From Candidatus Brocadiaceae bacterium (lineage in GTDB: Bacteria > Planctomycetota > Brocadiia > Brocadiales > Brocadiaceae), in contig JALDQZ010000004.1 in assembly GCA_031316145.1 (NCBI GenBank), forward strand, positions 233,958 to 265,957: a stretch of DNA of 32,000 bases, given 5' to 3'. A model generated the notes under the pieces. The model saw only the letters and a program-made list of their open reading frames with translations. It did no database searches and had not been told where the DNA came from. A program made the translations under genes and the position numbers. Below, one piece after another: positions 24,340-32,000 of this stretch (its first letter is position 1; each line of letters starts with the position of its first letter).

Positions 24340-25608
24340 TTATTGTTTTACCAGATTTCCTTTTATTCGAAAACTTTCCTCATCATTCCGTGTTTTTGTA
24401 ACGGGGGAGGACAAACCCACACCTGAAAAAAGCGGTGAATTTTCCAGTATTGGGATCAGGTTCGCGGAAGATTCTGCAATGCCCTCTATTTCAAAAGTAT
24501 TGTGTGTGAGGTTAATGGCCTTTGTCCATGCATTATCCGGCAACTTCTTTGCCAATTCTGAGATCGCATCAATTCTTGGAACATGTTTTTCTCTTAATTC
24601 ATTGACGTTTCTGACCGTTTCTTCAAGTATTGACATTCGCTCTTTTATTCTATCAACAACAACAACATTTCTTTTCACCGAATTTATACGGGTCTTAACC
24701 GTTTGCAAAAGAGACAGATCATTACATTTCTGGATATAAGGAATAAGAAATACAAAAAATATTAGTATCCCCGCAAGAAAACACAACAACGTCATTTGAG
24801 GGTTTAATCGCCTGTTGCGTGACTTAATCAGGCTGAGGCCGCAATGGTACGATGATAAACCATACAGCGCCGCGCCATATGATTCGGCCCCTTCATCCAA
24901 CACCCGTACCTTCTCTTTATATTCAGCGGATAAAAAATTGCCTTCGACGCCTTCTAAATAAATTACGCTCGGAGCATTTGTTTCCAAATGAGTAACCAAC
25001 CCTTCACGTTTTTTAACAACTGAAGTGCAAACCAAATGACCGTGTTCAAAAATATTATAACAATAATTGTTTGGATTCTTCGTAATCACGGCGACAGATT
25101 CATTATTTTCACCAAGAATCGGCAAAAAAGCAAATGAGGATATAATTACCCTTGAAGGTGTAATTTCCATCAGCTTCAACTTTGACAGGATGCTATCCAA
25201 CTCAATTTTTTTTACGGCAACAATGAGTACATTTGTTTTTCGTCCTATATGAGACAAGGAGTGAATATCATAATACACGTCTTCATTCGTAAAGGGAATA
25301 AAGCTGTCTAATTGATATTCAAGTGCATCCCTGAATTCTTTAAGATTAGCATGCGGACATTCTATTTCCCGTATGATACACCTGCTTCTCGGTAATGAAA
25401 GGATTGTCTCTCCAACAGGTATTCTTTGCTGTATTAATGCATGGCTTAATTGAAAGTCTTCTTTTAATAGAAAATCTTTCACCCTGAACGTAAAAGGTAA
25501 ATAGGTAATCAATTTTTTCCTGACGATTGTTAGTACAAGATCATTTCCACAGATAGACAAACCTGTAGCGCTGGGAAAAAACATATTAACAAATGGTACA
25601 TTTTGCAT
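24340..25608 (-). CDS. GspL-like protein (PilM-like cytoplasmic domain + TM + PilN-like periplasmic domain)
   Basis: 422 aa. The N-terminal actin-like PilM/GspL region is followed by a TM segment (MTLLCFLAGILIFFVFLIPYI). Then come a coiled coil and a C-terminal PilN/GspL periplasmic-type domain (NTFEIEGIAESSANLIPILENSPLFSGVGL). Confidence 0.6.
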   Translation of the reverse strand: MQNVPFVNMFFPSATGLSICGNDLVLTIVRKKLITYLPFTFRVKDFLLKEDFQLSHALIQQRIPVGETILSLPRSRCIIREIECPHANLKEFRDALEYQLDSFIPFTNEDVYYDIHSLSHIGRKTNVLIVAVKKIELDSILSKLKLMEITPSRVIISSFAFLPILGENNESVAVITKNPNNYCYNIFEHGHLVCTSVVKKREGLVTHLETNAPSVIYLEGVEGNFLSAEYKEKVRVLDEGAESYGAALYGLSSYHCGLSLIKSRNRRLNPQMTLLCFLAGILIFFVFLIPYIQKCNDLSLLQTVKTRINSVKRNVVVVDRIKERMSILEETVRNVNELREKHVPRIDAISELAKKLPDNAWTKAINLTHNTFEIEGIAESSANLIPILENSPLFSGVGLSSPVTKTRNDEESFRIKGNLVKQ

Positions 25609-25729
25609 TCAGCAGCACCTTATTACCTTAAAACAAAGAAAAGACGTTATTCATTTGTGTATAACAATGACGAAATTTCTATCGTTTTTCCGTATTCAGC
25701 CGGATAAATATTGTAGTGCAATGTAACGA

Positions 25730-26791
25730 TTATTCCGGGTATACGGCAACGATTCTAAAATGTTGTATCCCCTTTAAAACAATCATCTTGTATGAATTTT
25801 GTATGCCGTCTGCGGAAGATATTGAATTGATCGTTACATAATTTGAATCGTATACCGTCAAAAAGTCCAGTATTTTGTGAAAATTCGATCCAACAATACC
25901 AAAACTTCTAAATAACTCCTTCAGTTCACCAAATTCTTTAATTTTTCCCTGTTCCTCTCTGAGTGTTATTATTCCTTCGGCTATTTCCGGAGTAATCAAA
26001 GGCACGTATTGTAACACCTCCCTGGAAGCGTAGTTTACATTTATTTTTCCAGACCCATACATCGTTACATGTTCCCGTAGCATTTCATATATTTTTGGTG
26101 TAACACCTTTCACAAGGGCTAATTCCTCAATAGTTTCAAAGGGACCATTCTTCGCTTCGTATGGATCTGGCAGCGTCGCATAATAATCACTCTCCGCACC
26201 GTTGATATGGTGTAAGCTGTCCTTATCTACCCAATCTAATATAGAACCTGTTATCGTATCAGCATCGATTTCGCTGATAGTTAAAGAAGTAAGAAATTTG
26301 ATAAACCCTTCTCTTGTATCATCTTTTATTCCATTTATATTTATTTTTCCATTTTCATCACTAATGTATACATCGCAATTCCCCCCCCCTATTTCAACAG
26401 AATAGGGATTACTGCTCGGCCCCCACGGTTTATTTTTCAATCTTGAAAAAAGGTCTTCCTCATCCCCTTCTTTCTCTATTATGGCATCCCCCCCATCGTT
26501 TGTTTTCTTTTCCTGCTCTTCCGGTAGTAATATCATCTGTGTTGCATATAAACAAGCGCCTCGTGCGGCGTATATATTTTTTATACGCTCCGAATATGCA
26601 ATTTCTGTCTTTATCGCTATACCCGTATCAAGGGAAAGATTTAAGGAAATAAAGCCTAATATGACTATTGCCCATAAACTAAAAATGAGTACATAGCCAT
26701 GATTGGTGACAAAAATTCTTGATCCTCTCCGTTTTTTGATATGGACAATTTTATCGCCACAGGAATTTTTTCGATGATTTTCTCTTTCCAT
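25730..26791 (-). CDS. gspK: Minor pseudopilin GspK
   Basis: 353 aa. It has an N-terminal hydrophobic helix (GYVLIFSLWAIVILGFISL) and a helix-hairpin-helix-like segment (KINVNYASREVLQYVPLITPEIAEGIITLREEQG) characteristic of T2SS protein K. The only canonical start upstream of the helix is ATG 26791, which gives a 127-nt overlap with the preceding gene. Confidence 0.7.
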   Translation of the reverse strand: MERENHRKNSCGDKIVHIKKRRGSRIFVTNHGYVLIFSLWAIVILGFISLNLSLDTGIAIKTEIAYSERIKNIYAARGACLYATQMILLPEEQEKKTNDGGDAIIEKEGDEEDLFSRLKNKPWGPSSNPYSVEIGGGNCDVYISDENGKININGIKDDTREGFIKFLTSLTISEIDADTITGSILDWVDKDSLHHINGAESDYYATLPDPYEAKNGPFETIEELALVKGVTPKIYEMLREHVTMYGSGKINVNYASREVLQYVPLITPEIAEGIITLREEQGKIKEFGELKELFRSFGIVGSNFHKILDFLTVYDSNYVTINSISSADGIQNSYKMIVLKGIQHFRIVAVYPE

Positions 26792-27441
26792 AGTAAATCT
26801 GTACCCTGTATAATTTCGGCGCTTAACTTATTAGCAACCAAACTGTTCCCATTCTGAGATGCTTCTTCCAACACATCCAGATATGCGAATACAATTTTAT
26901 CACAATCTTTGAAAAACAGTATCTCATCATCTTCAGCAATGAATATACTTTGAAATTCTTCAGCTATTTTCTTCACTGCCGTCGGATGCACCCTCTTCTC
27001 AGAATAAATAAGATCCCATAAACCATCATCGTTTATTTTAACTTTATAAAATGCAAATACCAAACCTTGTGCATAATGCTTCTTTAACGAAAGAGGCGAA
27101 ACAAATGTCACAGCATCCTTTTCTCCCAGAAAGTAAGTGGTCTTTGCCTCATCCGTGGTCAGAAGATTAGTTTTTGAAAATTTCTGCGCATATAAGGAAG
27201 AAGATTGTTGCCAGAAAAAATCATAGGCAGCCTTTTCTCTGGTAGAATCATTAAACCACTCTTCCTCCCTACCCATTGAAAACAGTCCGATTCTTATTGC
27301 ATAGGCCCCTGACAGAATCAATAGAGTGCCGATAAAAATGGCTATGAGGAGTTCGAATAATGTGAAACCATGCTTGTGCTGAGTGAAGCAGTGTGTGGCC
27401 TCAGAAGTTTTGCCGACTGTTTGATGATTCTCCATGCACAT
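26665..27441 (-). CDS. Pseudopilin with prepilin-type N-terminal cleavage/methylation motif (GspJ-like)
   Basis: HKHG|FTLFELLIAIFIGTLLIL has the G|FTLxE signature with Glu at +5. Size (258 aa) and position before gspK fit GspJ. The leader is unusually long (~25 aa). Confidence 0.6.
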   Translation of the reverse strand: MCMENHQTVGKTSEATHCFTQHKHGFTLFELLIAIFIGTLLILSGAYAIRIGLFSMGREEEWFNDSTREKAAYDFFWQQSSSLYAQKFSKTNLLTTDEAKTTYFLGEKDAVTFVSPLSLKKHYAQGLVFAFYKVKINDDGLWDLIYSEKRVHPTAVKKIAEEFQSIFIAEDDEILFFKDCDKIVFAYLDVLEEASQNGNSLVANKLSAEIIQGTDLLWKEKIIEKIPVAIKLSISKNGEDQEFLSPIMAMYSFLVYGQ

Positions 27442-27925
27442 CCTTTTCGCCGTCTTCCCGGTCCAATTCCGATGCTGAATCCTCCTCTGTATCCGAAAAA
27501 AACAGCGTGTTTATGTTTATCCCTTCGATATGTGTACGTAATGAGATGATACCCCCGGGTGGTGTATTATTTATCAAACTCTTTTCCATGAAGACTGGAT
27601 CTACAAGTAATTTTTGCTTAAACTCCTTTAATGTATCAATTTCTACTACTTCCCACTGAACACCATCTTTTGTTATACCCTTATAAACCTTTCTCTCGTT
27701 TAAAGGTATAAACTGTTCTCCCAGTATTCCCAGGAACGCTTCTTCCGTTTTTAATCGAGCGAAAAGCAGAGATTTTGCGTGTGAATCCATTTTGCCCTTT
27801 AACCTGGCGGAATTCCCTATCAAGTTAAAAAATATGCCTAGGGAGATACCGACAATCGCCAGCGTAACCATAACCTCAAGGAGGGTAAATCCATATCGTT
27901 CCTTTATCACAATCCATTCAGTCAT
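27401..27925 (-). CDS. Pseudopilin with prepilin-type N-terminal motif (GspI/H-like) and acidic C-terminal tail
   Basis: KERYG|FTLLEVMVTLAIVGISLG matches the prepilin motif. A small globular part follows. The C-terminal tail DTEEDSASELDREDGEKD is atypical. The ATG overlaps the gspD stop (ATGA at 27925-27922). Confidence 0.6.
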   Translation of the reverse strand: MTEWIVIKERYGFTLLEVMVTLAIVGISLGIFFNLIGNSARLKGKMDSHAKSLLFARLKTEEAFLGILGEQFIPLNERKVYKGITKDGVQWEVVEIDTLKEFKQKLLVDPVFMEKSLINNTPPGGIISLRTHIEGININTLFFSDTEEDSASELDREDGEKDVHGESSNSRQNF

Positions 27926-29958
27926 AATTTAGCCGATTGTACTAACAACGGTTCTATCTGTCTCAATTTTTTTTGAAAAGCGCTGGTAAGAGAATCCGCT
28001 TCCTCCGCGGTGTTTGCAATGTATGGTGTTATCAACATTATTAATTCAGTCCTTCTTTGAGAAGTGCCTATTGACTTAAAGAGATATCCCAATAACGGAA
28101 TGTCGCCCAGGACCGGTATCTTACTGATGCTCTTTTCGGTCTTTTGTTCGATGATGCCTCCAAGGCTTATTGTATGGCCGCTTTTTATCACGAGGGAGGT
28201 TTCCGCCTGACGGGTTGTAAATGTCGGTGAATCGGCTACTCCTGTTGTTGTTGTCTCCGCGTTGCTCACTTCCTGATTCACATCCAACGTAATAAAACCA
28301 TTCTCCGCGATATGGGGAGTCACCGTAAGGATAATCCCCGTATCACGGTATTGAACCTGTTCAAATGTTACAGTCGTACCTGATTGTTGCCCGGAACTCG
28401 AAAGGATGGGAACCTCATTACCAACCTGTATGCTTGCAGGTTGTTCATCCCGAACAAGGATGTGTGGCGCCGACAATATCCTCGTATTAGAATTTGTCGC
28501 AACGATATCTAATAAAATCTCATAATTACTTTTAGAAAATGATAAAGAAGGCACTCCGCTTGTCTGTTGCAATTCTCCCAATCCCTTTAATTTTAAGCTT
28601 CCCATATCCCACGACCACGAAGAGTTGTACTGCAAAGTATCATTCAAGTCAACTTCAATAATCAGAACTTCAATAAATACCTGTTGTGGGGTAGCATCTA
28701 ACGCCTCGATGATTGCTTTTAGCCCCTTATATTGACTGGGCAAAGATTTAACAACGATTGAATTCGTTTCTGGATCGGTAACGATCTTCATCGATTCAAT
28801 CTGTTCCTTCCCTAGAAATTTCGGCTGTGCCGCAATTTCCTCTCTATACATTTGTGTTAATACCGCTAAAATTGTTTCCGCCTTTTGGTGTTGCACTTTA
28901 TAAATAAAGACCTTTGATTTTTCGTCCAATGCCATAGGAGGAACATCTATGTTATTTATCCAAAGATCAATTTGTGGGAGGAGTTCCGGCAATCTCGTAA
29001 CCGCGAGCAACTTGTTTGTATCAGAAAAAGGTATGAAGTTAAACTCACCATTGTCACCAACCGATGCACCCAGCGCTTTTGCAAAGCTGACAAGATCTTT
29101 TGCCATATTTTTTGCATCAACATGCTTGAATTCATAAAATTTCAGCGCTTTCCCCGCAAAAAAGGGAACATCAAAGGTCTTAATAATAGTCAAAAGCTTT
29201 TCTATATTCGATGCATCTTCCACAATAATGAGATACTGAGAATCCTTCTGAGCAACAACATTTCCAATACCGGTCATAAACTGCTTTAACGTGCCGCTTA
29301 ATTTACCCGGATCTCCATATTGAAGCGGTACTATCTGTACGATAATATCGTGGGACCATTGAGGAATTTTATCTCCGTGAATTACTATGTTCGTTTCTCT
29401 TCGCGCTTCCGCTTTCGGTAGTACCCGGTATAAATTCCCTTCTTTTACTATCGCAAAGTTATAGATATAGAGTAATGTATTCAGCATCGAAAGGAGTTCT
29501 TCCTTATATACCTGCCCGGTAGCATGAAGATTGATTTTCCCTCCAACCCTGTTATCCAAAATATAATTTTCCTTGAGAATCTCACCTAATATAATGTGTA
29601 AAACATCTTTTAATTCCGCGTTATCAAAATTAAAGGCAATATTTACCTTATCTCCCTTATATCCTGGTTTAACAAGGGCCGGCTCCGGCTTATTATACTC
29701 TTGCGGATAAATAAATTCCTTCTGGCCAATACCCTCTTTTTTCTCATCTAAACCATCTGCTTCCGGAGAAACTTCATATTCCCATGCCTTTCTTTCAACC
29801 TCCTGCGTTGTTGTGGAAAGTGATACCGGGCTTTTAAATGGGGCATAATCAGAATGTCTTATCTGAGTTTCTTCACACCCATTAAGAACAACGATTAATA
29901 CAGGCAAACCAATGCAGAAAAAGTATTTATTCATAGACATAATGAGTAATCTTTTCAC
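27922..29958 (-). CDS. gspD: Secretin (GspD/PilQ family), probable lipoprotein
   Basis: 678 aa. N-domains are followed by the secretin core: ILSAPHILVRDEQPASIQVGNEVPI, VQYRDTGIILTVTPHI, TSLVIKSGHTISLGGII, IPVLGDIPLLGYLFKS and RRTELIMLITPYI. The N-terminus ...GLPVLIVVLNGC resembles a lipobox. The GTG start is preceded by AAGGGA. Confidence 0.9.
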   Translation of the reverse strand: MKRLLIMSMNKYFFCIGLPVLIVVLNGCEETQIRHSDYAPFKSPVSLSTTTQEVERKAWEYEVSPEADGLDEKKEGIGQKEFIYPQEYNKPEPALVKPGYKGDKVNIAFNFDNAELKDVLHIILGEILKENYILDNRVGGKINLHATGQVYKEELLSMLNTLLYIYNFAIVKEGNLYRVLPKAEARRETNIVIHGDKIPQWSHDIIVQIVPLQYGDPGKLSGTLKQFMTGIGNVVAQKDSQYLIIVEDASNIEKLLTIIKTFDVPFFAGKALKFYEFKHVDAKNMAKDLVSFAKALGASVGDNGEFNFIPFSDTNKLLAVTRLPELLPQIDLWINNIDVPPMALDEKSKVFIYKVQHQKAETILAVLTQMYREEIAAQPKFLGKEQIESMKIVTDPETNSIVVKSLPSQYKGLKAIIEALDATPQQVFIEVLIIEVDLNDTLQYNSSWSWDMGSLKLKGLGELQQTSGVPSLSFSKSNYEILLDIVATNSNTRILSAPHILVRDEQPASIQVGNEVPILSSSGQQSGTTVTFEQVQYRDTGIILTVTPHIAENGFITLDVNQEVSNAETTTTGVADSPTFTTRQAETSLVIKSGHTISLGGIIEQKTEKSISKIPVLGDIPLLGYLFKSIGTSQRRTELIMLITPYIANTAEEADSLTSAFQKKLRQIEPLLVQSAKL

Positions 29959-30196
29959 TTATCCCTTCTTGTGATAAATAATCACATCCTGCGTAATATA
30001 AAAGGCCTATCGTTAAGATTTTGATTTTGTCAGGAGATAGATACTTTTATATAAAAAAGATTTTTGAAATGGTCATCTGATAGAAATATTCAGGTTTCAA
30101 AATTTTTTCTCCAGTACCAATTTTTTCCTACCTCTTTTTGGATAAAGGCACGTATTTTTTCTTATTGAAATCCTTTTTTTGTGGATGTTAACTGGT

Positions 30197-30286
30197 TGGT
30201 GCGGAAGGGGGGATTCGAACCCCCACCCCGGTATCAGCGGGACTAGCCCCTCAAACTAGCGTGTCTGCCGGTTCCACCACTTCCGC
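30197..30286 (-). tRNA. tRNA-Leu (anticodon GAG), class II with long variable arm, CCA encoded
   Basis: The minus strand reads GCGGAAG-TG-GTGGAACCGGCAGACAC-G-CTAGT-TTGAGGG-GCTAG-TCCCGCTGATACCGGGGT-GGGGG-TTCGAAT-CCCCC-CTTCCGC-ACCA. It has a 7-bp acceptor stem, a TTCGAAT T-loop and the anticodon loop T-T-GAG-G-G. Folded by hand. Confidence 0.85.
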
Positions 30287-30457
30287 ATATTCGTTGAATT
30301 GGGCATAACTGCTCAATATTTCATGGGTTTAAACATCTACGCTCCCTATCGTTTATGCAGGAAGGTAAATAATTTTCTTTTATACGGTTAATCAATCGTA
30401 TCTAATTAAATAAACAGCACTTAATTCTAACATTATACAATAAAAAGTCAAACATAT

Positions 30458-31396
30458 TTACTCATCTTCCATTACGGGATTTTGCCATCGTTTTCCCGAA
30501 GGTTTATTCCAGCGAACGTCAATGCTCTTCATCCTTCTCAAATGTATTCCCTCAGATTTCGCGATACTTAACAAGTTCTGTAATTTCTCTTCATCGGATA
30601 ATTCCTTAAATTTATTACAGAGAGGTGAACAACCCCAAAGTATTTGTGTGTTGTTTTTTGTTCTCAAGACAATATCACTCTTGCCGGAATTACTTCTTTT
30701 ACAAACATTAGAAACATCAACACATATAATATTTAATATAGTATGAATATTATTTTCTCTTAAAAATTTTACCAATAGTATACCCGCCTCAATTCTCTTA
30801 TCATTCCACTTACTTCCATATAAGGGTATTTTAGATAATTTACTGCTTGTAATATAAGGACTATCGTACTCTTTATTCGGTAATGTATAATATTCCATTG
30901 GCAATAAAACACACTCGTCGTCTAAAAGATAACTATTATTTTTGCTTTTAACCAGTACAACAGGTTTTCGTAATACAAATTTTATATTGATTTTATTGGG
31001 AAATATCCTTTTTATCGATTCTACTTTTTTAACCAAAATAATTTCCTCATAAATACTTGCGATTTTATGAGTTAAATTATTTTCATACATACGGTAATGG
31101 GTATTCAAAGCAGATAAATCCTTGATATCATCAGAAAAACGACTTGTCATCCAGGAAGGAACATGAAATGAAAATGTTGACGGGCTGATTTTAAACACGC
31201 TTAAATCCGTTACAGAGTACCATATCTTCTTACACCCCCACGTTGCAAAAATTATTATGCATATCAACACAATACATTTCAACAAAAAGGGTTGTAACGC
31301 TTTTTGTAATTTATTTGTAGTCCCGAAAACACGATATATTAATTGCCTGACGTTGATATTGCCTTTTATGCTATCTTTATTTTTTTGCTGACTCAT
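30458..31396 (-). CDS. ftsQ: FtsQ/DivIB-like cell-division protein (TM + POTRA-like domain)
   Basis: 312 aa. A basic N-terminus is followed by one TM (FLLKCIVLICIIIFATWG). A POTRA-like segment follows (VKKVESIKRIFPNKINIKFVLRKPVVLVKSKNNSYLLDDECVLLP). Its position immediately after ddl, with a 20-nt overlap, matches dcw-cluster order. Confidence 0.55.
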   Translation of the reverse strand: MSQQKNKDSIKGNINVRQLIYRVFGTTNKLQKALQPFLLKCIVLICIIIFATWGCKKIWYSVTDLSVFKISPSTFSFHVPSWMTSRFSDDIKDLSALNTHYRMYENNLTHKIASIYEEIILVKKVESIKRIFPNKINIKFVLRKPVVLVKSKNNSYLLDDECVLLPMEYYTLPNKEYDSPYITSSKLSKIPLYGSKWNDKRIEAGILLVKFLRENNIHTILNIICVDVSNVCKRSNSGKSDIVLRTKNNTQILWGCSPLCNKFKELSDEEKLQNLLSIAKSEGIHLRRMKSIDVRWNKPSGKRWQNPVMEDE

Positions 31397-32000
31397 TCAT
31401 TTTCACAAAGCTATTTTGAAGAGCAAGATCAACAATTTTCTTACACAAGGAAAGAAAAGAAATATTCGCTGCCTTTGCTGCCAGAGGAAGCAGGCTTTTT
31501 TCTGTAAAACCAGGAATAGTGTTTACCTCTAATATGGAGAAATTATCCTTATTATCCATCAACATATCAACCCTTGAGAAATCCCTACACTCAAGAACCC
31601 TGTGGGCACGTAACGCTAATTCTTGTGCTTCATTGTATTTCGAATGGGAAAGGGTCCCTTTTCCCAGACAGGAACTATCACCATGAGAAGATTCCTTCCC
31701 ACTGTTTTGCACCATGCAATGATTTACTCCCCCATCTTCATATTTAGCATTATAATTGAAAAAACCCTTTGTTGGTATGATCTCAATAATAGGTAATGCC
31801 TCGCCACCTAAAATACCAACGGTAAACTCTCTGCCACTGATATATTTCTCAATAAGCACTTCAGTTCCATACTCAAAAGCTTTTTCCAAACCTGTTTTCA
31901 ATTCATCAATATTTTTAATGATCGAGACCCCTAAACTAGAGCCAGCGCCTGTAGGCTTTAACACAATTGGCAAGCCCAGTTCATTTACTTCTGAGGTTAT
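31377..32000 (-). CDS. ddl: D-alanine--D-alanine ligase, C-terminal ATP-grasp part; gene continues beyond the right edge
   Basis: The frame stays open to position 32000 (...ITSEVNELGLPIVLKPTGAGSSLGVSII...). The motifs EKYISGREFTVGILG, YNAKY, RVDMLMD and LEVNTIPGFTEKSLLP match Ddl. Confidence 0.85.
   Translation of the reverse strand: MTSEVNELGLPIVLKPTGAGSSLGVSIIKNIDELKTGLEKAFEYGTEVLIEKYISGREFTVGILGGEALPIIEIIPTKGFFNYNAKYEDGGVNHCMVQNSGKESSHGDSSCLGKGTLSHSKYNEAQELALRAHRVLECRDFSRVDMLMDNKDNFSILEVNTIPGFTEKSLLPLAAKAANISFLSLCKKIVDLALQNSFVKMNESAKK

Noticed and set aside
24335-24739. 134-aa plus-strand ORF opposite the GspL-like gene, plus many other antisense ORFs of 60-115 aa (e.g. 8355-8699, 13486-13821, 13975-14325, 17509-17838, 17566-17853, 18452-18763, 28972-29289)
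   Set aside because: All lie entirely within longer ORFs that have recognisable domains on the other strand or frame. This is typical of AT-rich genomes with few stops in the antisense frames.
21135-30286. Genomic-island hypothesis: T2SS-like/GT block integrated at the 3' end of tRNA-Leu
   Set aside because: There is no integrase gene and no partial direct repeat of the tRNA 3' end that I could spot. Composition looks the same as in the flanking core genes.

Overview
AT-rich (judged by eye, not computed), densely coding bacterial chromosomal window with about 33 genes, mostly on the minus strand.

Gene order, left to right:
- An RND efflux pair: a partial permease (not in the ORF track) and its periplasmic adaptor.
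- A decayed Cas6-family gene with an in-frame TAG and no CRISPR array.
- A dispersed type II FAS/PKS-like lipid locus. It holds a muconolactone-isomerase-like protein, fabG, a crotonase, a FadH-like flavin/Fe-S reductase, an active ketosynthase, a catalytically dead KS-like partner, a B12-binding radical SAM enzyme and acpS.
- That locus is interrupted by a Mut7-C nuclease gene and two small plus-strand genes.
- An HD-GYP phosphodiesterase.
- Two paralogous polytopic membrane proteins (at least one GT-C-like), each ending in a PA14 domain. They are separated by a 113-bp MITE-like element with perfect 14-bp terminal inverted repeats and an 8-bp target-site duplication.
- A T2SS-like operon (gspD, I-like, J-like, K, L-like, M-like, C/PilP-like, F) that lacks gspE and gspG and ends in a GT2 polyprenyl-phosphate glycosyltransferase gene.
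- tRNA-Leu(GAG), an ftsQ-like gene and the 3' part of ddl.

The most interesting signals are:
- the KS / dead-KS / B12-rSAM / AcpS / FadH-like set, a candidate unusual-lipid and possibly ladderane-type pathway;
- the GT-C-PA14 pair together with the GT2 gene fused into the secretion operon.

The gene content suggests a Planctomycetota (anammox-like) genome. This is an inference and cannot be verified without a database search.
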